A DNA stretch of 64,000 nt from an uncultured Bacteroidales bacterium (GTDB taxonomy: Bacteria; Bacteroidota; Bacteroidia; Bacteroidales; UBA10428): assembly GCA_964618645.1 (NCBI GenBank), contig CAZUBW010000011.1, forward strand, positions 2,367 through 66,366, given 5' to 3'. The position numbers and the translations under genes are program-made. A model generated the notes under the pieces. That model ran no database searches, was not told the origin of the DNA, and saw only the letters and a program-made list of their open reading frames with translations. This document shows, one piece after another, positions 10,238 through 17,924 of the stretch; the first letter of the stretch is position 1; each line of letters opens with the position of its first letter.

Positions 10238-11914
10238 ATGGATCAATCATTCACCGGTAAAATTATTCGTAAGGGCCTGCGGTATATTGCCGTATCCTTT
10301 TTTCTTGTCTCCTGCCACCCACAGGGAGAAAGAGCTGACCGCTATGAAGCTGATATTATTATTTACGGTGGCACCTCGGCAGCTGTTATTGCTGCTGTGG
10401 AAGCAGTGCATTCCGGCAAATCGGTTATTGTCGTATCTCCCGATACGCACCTGGGTGGCCTTTCGTCCAGTGGACTGGGGTATACCGATACCGGGGACAA
10501 ATCAACAATTGGGGGCCTGTCGAGGGATTTTTACCACAGGATATGGCAGTATTACAATGATTCAGCTGCCTGGAAATGGGAAAATCATGCAGCATACGGA
10601 AACAAAGGTCAGGGTACAGTGGCTATGGACGGCGAAAATCGTACCATGTGGATTTTTGAGCCTCATATTGCCGAACAGGTTTTTGAGGACTATGTGGCCG
10701 AAAACAAAATACCCGTTTTCCGGAATGAATGGCTAAACCGCGAACAGGGTGTAACAAAACGACATGGGAATATCAGGTCTTTTAAAACGCTCTCCGGCAA
10801 GGTGTTTTCGGGAAAAGTATTTATTGATGCAACCTACGAAGGCGATCTCATGGCGGCTTCGGGTGTCTCTTATGTTGTCGGTCGTGAGGCCTGCTCAGTG
10901 TACAATGAAAAATGGAACGGCGTGCAGGCGGATGCCAGGCATCATGGTCATTTTTTCAGGGATACCATCGATCCGTATATAATTCCGGGTCATCCCGAAA
11001 GCGGATTGCTATTTGGCATCTCACCTGAACCTGTAACAGAAAATTGTTCCGGTGATCAGAAAATCCAGGCCTACTGCTTTCGGGTATGCATGAGCCGGCA
11101 CCCGGAAAACCTTTTGCCATTTCCGAAACCTGAAAACTATAATCCTGCCGATTACGAATTACTGGTTCGTGTTTTCAATGCCGGATTGAGAGAATGGTTT
11201 GATAAATTTGATGCCATTCCCAACAAAAAAACCGACACCAATAATCACGGACCTTTTAGCAGTGATTTCATTGGCATGAACTATGATTACCCCGAAGCAT
11301 CTTATGAAAGGCGAAAAGAAATAGTCAAAGCGCATGAAGATTACCAGAAGGGATTGCTGTATTTTGTAGCCAACGATGCACAGGTACCGGAAGAAATTCG
11401 AGCTGAAATGAGCCAATGGGGACTGGCAAAAGATGAATTCACCGACAATGGGAACTGGCCATGGCAGTTGTATATCCGCGAAGCGAGAAGGATGACCGGT
11501 GTTTATGTAACTACCGAAAATGACGTTTTGGGCCATCGCGCCATACCGCACCCGGTTGGAATGGGATCATATACAATGGACTCCCACAACGTACAGCGTT
11601 ATGTAACATCCGAAGGTTTTGTGCAGAATGAAGGGGATATTGGTGTCCATCCGGAAAAACCCTATGCGGTCTCCTATGGATCACTTGTCCCGCAGAAAGC
11701 CGAATGTAAAAATCTGCTGGTACCTGTTTGTGTTTCATCGAGCCACATTGCCTATGGTTCCATCCGCATGGAACCTGTCTTTATGATCCTTGCCCAGTCA
11801 TCGGCTGTGGCCGCCTGTATGGCCATAGACGATAAACTACCTGTTCAGGATATTGCCTATGACGGACTCAGGGAAAAACTGCTTGCCAGGGGACAAATAC
11901 TCGCGTTGGAATAA
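10238..11914 (+). CDS. FAD-dependent oxidoreductase, secreted lipoprotein (PF12831-like)
   Basis: 558 aa with a lipobox (FFLVSC). N-terminal dinucleotide fold IIIYGGTSAAVIAAVEAVHSGKSVIVVSPDTHLGGLSSSG. Resembles the FAD_oxidored family often found in Bacteroidota PULs (recognised from memory). Confidence 0.75.
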   Translation: MDQSFTGKIIRKGLRYIAVSFFLVSCHPQGERADRYEADIIIYGGTSAAVIAAVEAVHSGKSVIVVSPDTHLGGLSSSGLGYTDTGDKSTIGGLSRDFYHRIWQYYNDSAAWKWENHAAYGNKGQGTVAMDGENRTMWIFEPHIAEQVFEDYVAENKIPVFRNEWLNREQGVTKRHGNIRSFKTLSGKVFSGKVFIDATYEGDLMAASGVSYVVGREACSVYNEKWNGVQADARHHGHFFRDTIDPYIIPGHPESGLLFGISPEPVTENCSGDQKIQAYCFRVCMSRHPENLLPFPKPENYNPADYELLVRVFNAGLREWFDKFDAIPNKKTDTNNHGPFSSDFIGMNYDYPEASYERRKEIVKAHEDYQKGLLYFVANDAQVPEEIRAEMSQWGLAKDEFTDNGNWPWQLYIREARRMTGVYVTTENDVLGHRAIPHPVGMGSYTMDSHNVQRYVTSEGFVQNEGDIGVHPEKPYAVSYGSLVPQKAECKNLLVPVCVSSSHIAYGSIRMEPVFMILAQSSAVAACMAIDDKLPVQDIAYDGLREKLLARGQILALE

Positions 11915-11978
11915 CCATTATTGATCAACCAGGAATCTTACATAATATCAGTATTATATTTCAACAAAAAATCAGACC

Positions 11979-12272
11979 ATGAAAATGAAAGCACACCTCT
12001 TTTTCCTTTGGCTTGCCATTATTTCGGCAGGATGCGTGAAGACCGGTATAGAAACTGTTTATCCCGACAATCCAAACATTGCCTATATCGGCCGTTTTGA
12101 TGATACCGATAAGGCCAAGCCTGTTTTTATGTACTCGGGTTGTGCCATCCGTAAAGTGTTTAAATGCACGTCGGTTGAGCTGATCATGAAAGACGACAGC
12201 CTGCGCAATATGTTTACGGTGGTGATAGCGGTGAACTTTAAGCGGGTAACAAAAATATTTTTGCTTTTTTGA
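11979..12272 (+). pseudogene. Truncated 5' copy of the SGNH/CE2-like esterase gene (paralog of 15547..16599)
   Basis: The 97-aa ORF reads MKMKAHLFFLWLAIISAGCVKTGIETVYPDNPNIAYIGRFDDTDKAKPVFMYSGCAIRKVFKCTSVELIMKDDSLRNMFTVV. It parallels residues 1-80 of the 350-aa esterase. Nt 12063-12223 versus 15625-15785 differ at 16 of 161 positions by my count. Homology ends at about 12224 and the frame then runs into AT-rich sequence. Confidence 0.8.
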
Positions 12273-12379
12273 AAAAGAAATCATAATTTTTCTTTGGTAA
12301 GCAACCTTCATAGGCAAAAATACATCTGGTAGAAAAACACGTTCATTAGTTCTTTATCTGTAATTAAAAATTTGTAATT

Positions 12380-12877
12380 ATGAAATATTCTATTTTGTCT
12401 GGCAGATTTTCAGGTGTAATTACCTGCATTTTTTTTTGTATGATTTTTTTTTCATGTCAGAAAGAAAGCCAGGATGATTATCCGTTTCCTTCGGTTGTAA
12501 CTATTAAACTTAATGAAGGTTCAGTCTTTGACGCAACTGAAAATCAGATTATCAGTCTTGATGCTAACGAATTTACAATGGATTTTAAGATTGTATCGTT
12601 AATAAATACTTTATGTCCTGAAGGAGCAACGTGCATTATGCATGGGTCAGCATTTCTGAAAATCAAGTCAATTATGCAGGATGCATCAGGTGATACATTG
12701 TCATTGCAATACCCATCAATTGGTAATTCTATTGATCTTACCGATAGCGACTCTGTTTATTTTAATTATCTAAACAAGCGCTATTTAATAAAGTTGATAC
12801 GAGTAAGGAAGGTATTTAATGATGAGCGGAAAACCAATACGAGGTCTATCATTGATATGGAAATCAAAGATATGTAA
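12380..12877 (+). CDS. Hypothetical small lipoprotein (AT-rich cassette)
   Basis: 165 aa with signal plus lipobox (CMIFFSC). No family recognised. Visibly lower GC than the flanks. Lies immediately upstream of the M4 protease. Confidence 0.55.
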   Translation: MKYSILSGRFSGVITCIFFCMIFFSCQKESQDDYPFPSVVTIKLNEGSVFDATENQIISLDANEFTMDFKIVSLINTLCPEGATCIMHGSAFLKIKSIMQDASGDTLSLQYPSIGNSIDLTDSDSVYFNYLNKRYLIKLIRVRKVFNDERKTNTRSIIDMEIKDM

Positions 12878-12919
12878 ATGCTGTTATTCAGTTTTTGTAC
12901 AATTTTATAGCAAAGTATC

Positions 12920-15118
12920 ATGAAATATGTCTTTTCATTGCTACTGTTTGTATGCAGTATAGAGGTTGTTGTTGCTCAAACCGACCTAAAGCAATACATT
13001 AAAGAAACCAGGAATAATCAGATAGCTCTAAAAGAAGGCAATGCGCTTAGGGCAGAGCAGGTGGCTTTATTTTTTCTTGATTTAAAAGAGATGGATAAAG
13101 AAACTAATGAATTGAGATGCTTCTGCAAAATTGATACATTAAATGGATTTAATATTTACAAGTTTGATCACTTTATTAATAATATACAGGTAGAAGATTC
13201 TAGGATTTTCATTATTGAGGATCAAAGAGAAACTAAATACATTTGGGGAAAACTAAGAAAACCAATAAAGATAAGTTTGGTTCCAATATTTACTGCGGAA
13301 CAGGCACTTGAGAATGCTGTGAGACAGATTGGAAATATTGATTATGCATGGTTAGACTTAAATTGGCAGAACTCAATAAAAAAAGAAACTAAAGATAGCC
13401 TTGCAAGCTTTAAACCAAAAGGTGAACTCGTAATCACGAAAATTAACGATCAGGAACAACATGATAGTTCGGAATTAATACTTGCTTGGAAGTTTGAGAT
13501 TACGGTTACAGAACCATTTGATTGTTTTCAGGCATATGTAGATGCTTCCAATGGGAAGTATTTTAAGAGAAGGGAAAACATTAATAAAGCGAGTGGGATT
13601 TGTGCTACACTTTACAATGGCTCACAGAACCTGATTACAAAATACCGGGGAATTCCATTTTTTAACTTTATATTGAAAGATGATACAAGGGGTGAATTAT
13701 GCGTTAAATGGTACTCCGATTACAATTCATATTTAGGTTGGGATGCTGCGCCGCATATTAGTGATTCGGATAACAATTGGAATTCTTTGGAAGAGCGACC
13801 TGCAACCTCATTGCTTTGGGGCTTGGAAAAGGCTTATGATTACTTTAAGAATCGATTTTCATGGTTAGGTACTAATGGGAATAATTGCGCAGTTAGAGGA
13901 CTTGCAGATGCAAATGATACTTATTTTTTAAGAAGAAATGGTACCGATTATGTACATACTGGTTATGTTGGAGCAAATAGTACAGCAGATCTGGAAATAA
14001 TTTCACATGAATATACCCATGGGATTATATCTCATACATCAGATTTGGTTTATGGACCATATGAATCTGGCGCGTTAAATGAATCTTTTGCTGACATCTT
14101 TGGTATTGTGTCAAATCATTATACTACAGGTTCTAATGATTGGCATATAGGTACAAGTATAGGAGGTTTAAGAGATTTCATTAATCCACATTACAACAGA
14201 CCCCCATATCAGTATTCGCAGCCGGCTTATTATAATGAAGTTCCATATTGGAATTCATATTCAGGTGACCCACACATAAATAGTGGAGTGCAGAACCATT
14301 GGTTTTATCTTTTATCGGAAGGTGGAACATATCGAGGTATAACAGTTGAGGGCATTGGAATTACAAAGGCTGCTCATATAGCGTGGCATACAATGATAAA
14401 TCTACCTAGCGATGCAACTTTTGCAGAAACAAGAGATATCAGTATGAGTATTGCTCAGTTAAAATATGGATCGATTAGTTGCGAAAGAAAAGCTGTGCAA
14501 AACGCATGGGCCGCTGTTAATGTTGGATCTAGTAATAATAGTCCTTGTAATCCTTTACTTGTCACAAGCATTAATGGACCTTACGAAATGTGCTATTATC
14601 AAAACCAACAATTCAATGCTGCAGTATCCGGAGGTACAGGTATTTATAATTATGCGTGGTACAGAGATAGGGGGGATAACAATTTTTTCAGTATTGGAAG
14701 CTCGAGCTCTGTAAATATTGTTGAATATAATAATCCAATTCCAAATAGTCAGATGCACTTGAAGCTCGTTGTAACAAGTGGAACACAAACCAATACTGTT
14801 TATCACACTGTTTGGATGAACAATTGTTTAAAAAGTACTAAGTCATTAAAGGATTCATCTATTTTTATACTTGATCTTGATAAAGAAGACTTAATAGTAT
14901 CGCCAAATCCTGCTAGTGATTATTTTGTTGTTCAATTCAAAGATAATACAATAGTGTCAGACTTTGAACTGATCAATAGTCTTGGTGAGATTATCCAATC
15001 AGTTAATTCTATATCAAATTCAACAAGAATTGATTGTAGTGATTTACCAAAAGGACTTTATGTTTTAAAAGCAAAAATCAATAATAAGTTGATTATAAAA
15101 AAAGTATTAGTACAATGA
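12920..15118 (+). CDS. M4 (thermolysin-like) zinc metalloprotease with T9SS C-terminal sorting domain
   Basis: 732 aa with a signal peptide. HEYTH zinc motif plus the downstream Glu ligand block GALNESFADIFG (thermolysin has HELTH..GAINEAISDIFG). The C-terminal ~80 aa resemble a Por/T9SS tail (LIVSPNPASDYFVVQF..KGLYVLKAKINNKLIIKKVLVQ). Confidence 0.9.
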   Translation: MKYVFSLLLFVCSIEVVVAQTDLKQYIKETRNNQIALKEGNALRAEQVALFFLDLKEMDKETNELRCFCKIDTLNGFNIYKFDHFINNIQVEDSRIFIIEDQRETKYIWGKLRKPIKISLVPIFTAEQALENAVRQIGNIDYAWLDLNWQNSIKKETKDSLASFKPKGELVITKINDQEQHDSSELILAWKFEITVTEPFDCFQAYVDASNGKYFKRRENINKASGICATLYNGSQNLITKYRGIPFFNFILKDDTRGELCVKWYSDYNSYLGWDAAPHISDSDNNWNSLEERPATSLLWGLEKAYDYFKNRFSWLGTNGNNCAVRGLADANDTYFLRRNGTDYVHTGYVGANSTADLEIISHEYTHGIISHTSDLVYGPYESGALNESFADIFGIVSNHYTTGSNDWHIGTSIGGLRDFINPHYNRPPYQYSQPAYYNEVPYWNSYSGDPHINSGVQNHWFYLLSEGGTYRGITVEGIGITKAAHIAWHTMINLPSDATFAETRDISMSIAQLKYGSISCERKAVQNAWAAVNVGSSNNSPCNPLLVTSINGPYEMCYYQNQQFNAAVSGGTGIYNYAWYRDRGDNNFFSIGSSSSVNIVEYNNPIPNSQMHLKLVVTSGTQTNTVYHTVWMNNCLKSTKSLKDSSIFILDLDKEDLIVSPNPASDYFVVQFKDNTIVSDFELINSLGEIIQSVNSISNSTRIDCSDLPKGLYVLKAKINNKLIIKKVLVQ

Positions 15119-15152
15119 TCGACTATGTATAGCGTTTTAGTTAAATTTAAAT

Positions 15153-15284
15153 GAGGCTGTCTAAAAGATCTAGTCAAGTGAACACGTTATTGCGAACGTA
15201 GTGGGGTAATCTATTATAAATGAGAGAATTGCCTTGGTCATGCCTGCCTAATAATTACGATCGGAAAGACTTTTACACAGCCTC
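15153..15284. repeat. TIR element copy 1 (subfamily B), MITE/REP-like
   Basis: Termini are gaggctgtctaaaagatc ... gacttttacacagcctc, which form an inverted repeat. The interior shares cgttattgcgaacgtagtg with the 59416 copy. Starts 35 nt after the M4 protease stop. Confidence 0.75.
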
Positions 15285-15546
15285 TTTAGCTGAATCCCTT
15301 ATCTATTTATGGCCAAACCGTTTGCCGATTTTATTTGTGTGGATATGTTCGATTTCCAGGTAGTGAGCGATGTGAATACAGCCCTGAATGTGCTCAGTAA
15401 CCTTAACTGGAAGCGGTAAAGGATTAGTTGAGGGGGATTAATTCTGAAAATCAAGCCAATTATGCAGCATGCATCAGGATTACCAGCTAAGTGTTATAAA
15501 AATTGTATATTTGATGCATAGTCCAATAATTTATCAAACATAAAAA

Positions 15547-16599
15547 GTGAAAACAAATCTTCTTATGCTATGGTTTGCCATTGTTTTGGCAGGATGCATG
15601 AAACCCGGCCCGGAAATCATAAAGCCCGACAATCCCAATATTGCCTATATAGGCCGTTTTGATGATACCGACAAGGCAAAACCTGTATTTATGTACTCGG
15701 GTTGTGCCATCCGTACAGTGTTTAAAGGCACATCAGTAGAACTGATCATGAAAGACGACAGCCTGCGCAATAGGTTCACGGTAGTACTGGACGACAGTGT
15801 TTTTGTACTTACGGCCAACCAAGCCGACAGCACTTACCTGCTGGCGGTTAACCTGGCCAACACCCGGCATAAGCTCGAAATCATCAGGCGCACTGAGTGG
15901 CACGGCGGTAATACCACCTTGCTGGGTTTGCGGCTCAGCAAAGGCGGAAAACTATATCCTCCGGAAATCAAGGAACGGAAAACTGAATTCATCGGTGATT
16001 CCTATACCTGCGGATATGGCAACGAAGGGAAGAATCACGATGAACACTTTACCTACGAAACGGAAAATAACTACCTGTCATTCGGTGCTATTACCGCCCG
16101 GGAACTGAATGCCGAATACCTGGCTGTCTGCCGTTCCGGCATCGGCATTGTTCAGGGTTACGGGGGTGGCAGGAGATATACCATGCCAAGGTATTACAAC
16201 GAGGTAATCAATGGCGACAGTACCAAAACCTGGGATTTTACCCGGTACCAACCCCAACTGGTGGTGATTGACCTGGCCGGAAACGACCTGTCAGCGCCGC
16301 TCGATTCAGCTGAATTTGTCAATACTTACGTCAAATTTCTTCACCGTATAAGGGGCAATTACCCGGCAGCAAGTATTGTATGCATTGCAGGACCCTCATC
16401 GCCAGGTGATGGCTGGCCCAGGTGGCAGAACCTGGTACATGGCGTAGTCGATGAATTTGGTAAAGCCGATGCCAATGTGCATTACTTTGCTTTTACCCCA
16501 TTTGTGCCCAATGGGAGCGACTGGCATCCCAATGTTGTCGAGCATCAGCAAATGGCAGGTGAACTTGTCCCTTTCATAAGGCAACTTATGAACTGGTAA
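15547..16599 (+). CDS. SGNH/GDSL hydrolase, CE2-like carbohydrate esterase lipoprotein
   Basis: 350 aa with a GTG start and lipobox (IVLAGC). N-terminal beta-sandwich-like region followed by SGNH blocks: FIGDSYTCGYG (block I Ser), DLAGNDLS (block III) and SDWHPN (block V Asp/His). Confidence 0.85.
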   Translation: MKTNLLMLWFAIVLAGCMKPGPEIIKPDNPNIAYIGRFDDTDKAKPVFMYSGCAIRTVFKGTSVELIMKDDSLRNRFTVVLDDSVFVLTANQADSTYLLAVNLANTRHKLEIIRRTEWHGGNTTLLGLRLSKGGKLYPPEIKERKTEFIGDSYTCGYGNEGKNHDEHFTYETENNYLSFGAITARELNAEYLAVCRSGIGIVQGYGGGRRYTMPRYYNEVINGDSTKTWDFTRYQPQLVVIDLAGNDLSAPLDSAEFVNTYVKFLHRIRGNYPAASIVCIAGPSSPGDGWPRWQNLVHGVVDEFGKADANVHYFAFTPFVPNGSDWHPNVVEHQQMAGELVPFIRQLMNW

Positions 16600-16629
16600 G
16601 CCGGGCCTGGGGATTACGGGTTACCCCGG

Positions 16630-17616
16630 TTATTTCTTTTCAGCGGCTTGCTGATCGCGGATCAGCAGCCAGTTGAGCCACAGCTTCAGGTTGCCGGTCC
16701 ACGAGGCAACGTGGGGATTGTTAACGGCCAGGCCAAATCCATGTTTTCCTTCGGAAAGAAGGTGCAATTCGGCCGGAATGTTTTTCTCCCGTAATGCCTT
16801 GTACATCAGCAGCGTGTTTTCAATGGGTACAGCATTGTCGTTATCGGCATGCACAAAAAATGCAGGCGGCGTATCGTCCTTCACCTGGAGTTCGTTGGAA
16901 TAAAGGGTTTGCAGGTCGTTGCCCGGGTTTTTGCCGAGTAATGCTTCTCGGGATCCCTGGTGTGTTATGCCATCGGCAAATGAAATAACCGGGTACATGA
17001 GGATCATAAAGTCGGGTCGGCAGCTCAGTTGCTCAACCGAATCAGCAGCATTTGGGTTGCCGTAATCGAAATGAGTACCCAGCGTGGATGCCAGGTGACC
17101 GCCGGCGGAGAAGCCCATAACTCCTATCATGTCAGGGTTGATATGCCATTTTTCGGCATTGTACCTTACCAATCGCATGGCGCGTTGGGCATCCATCAGG
17201 GGAACCTTATGTGATTCGACCGTATTGCCGTATACCGGCAGCCGGTATTTCAGCACAATGGCCGCTACACCAATGGAATTCAGGTAACGCGCAATATCGC
17301 TGCCTTCCAGGTCGTACGCCAGAATATGGTATCCGCCTCCCGGGCAGATAACCACGGCCTGTCCGGTGGCAAACCGGTTGCTCGGCAGGTAAACCGCTAT
17401 GTCGGGTACCTGAACATGGCTGATGCGTTTAACATCAGAAATGGCAATCTTTTCTTCGATTATAGTGGTACTCGCATTAGGTATACTATTATTATACAGA
17501 GGCATGGAAAATTCCTGAGCGATGAGTGTTGAGCCTTTTATCAGAATTAAAATGATAATTGTGCGAGTTCTTATAATAGAACTTAAAGTAGACCCTGCGT
17601 TTGATTCTATAAGCAT
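16630..17616 (-). CDS. Alpha/beta-hydrolase esterase (hydrolase_3-like)
   Basis: 328 aa. Oxyanion-hole VICPGGGY, nucleophile elbow GFSAGGHLA, later HADNDNAVP and GKHGF (Asp/His candidates). N-terminal hydrophobic signal. Confidence 0.8.
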   Translation of the reverse strand: MLIESNAGSTLSSIIRTRTIIILILIKGSTLIAQEFSMPLYNNSIPNASTTIIEEKIAISDVKRISHVQVPDIAVYLPSNRFATGQAVVICPGGGYHILAYDLEGSDIARYLNSIGVAAIVLKYRLPVYGNTVESHKVPLMDAQRAMRLVRYNAEKWHINPDMIGVMGFSAGGHLASTLGTHFDYGNPNAADSVEQLSCRPDFMILMYPVISFADGITHQGSREALLGKNPGNDLQTLYSNELQVKDDTPPAFFVHADNDNAVPIENTLLMYKALREKNIPAELHLLSEGKHGFGLAVNNPHVASWTGNLKLWLNWLLIRDQQAAEKK

Positions 17617-17776
17617 AATGAAAGCATTTTGATAAAGTAAAGATAATGTATCTTAGAGATATTCGGTTTTTTATTCAAGAGCCTGATAAACCAGATTATG
17701 GTTAAATCTGATGATTGGATCCGGGTAATAAATTCAACGGTTTTCCTGCTCAATATCTTTTTTCCATTAATTCACC

Positions 17777-17920
17777 TTATTGGGCAACATCAAATCTGGC
17801 ATCTTCAGGATATTGTGCCGGTATAAATGACTGTCGTATAGTTTCCTGTTTCTCTGTGGAACACTTTGTCAATAAATGAAGGAAAATCAATAGCGATGCA
17901 ATTGAGATAAAGGTTTTCAT
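17777..17920 (-). CDS. Possible 47-aa lipoprotein ORF (not in ORF track)
   Basis: Hand translation of the minus strand gives MKTFISIASLLIFLHLLTKCSTEKQETIRQSFIPAQYPEDARFDVAQ*. ATG at 17920-17918, only 4 nt after the stop of the 899-aa gene. Signal-like helix plus Cys. No homology evidence. Confidence 0.25.
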   Translation of the reverse strand: MKTFISIASLLIFLHLLTKCSTEKQETIRQSFIPAQYPEDARFDVAQ

Positions 17921-17924
17921 TTTG

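Noticed and set aside
15309-15419. 36-codon ORF (MAKPFADFICVDMFDFQVVSDVNTALNVLSNLNWKR) with coding-like composition inside the cassette's right non-coding arm
   Set aside because: It is too short, I recognise no homolog, and it is bounded by an in-frame stop 15 nt upstream of the ATG. It may be a gene remnant, but I cannot support that from sequence alone.
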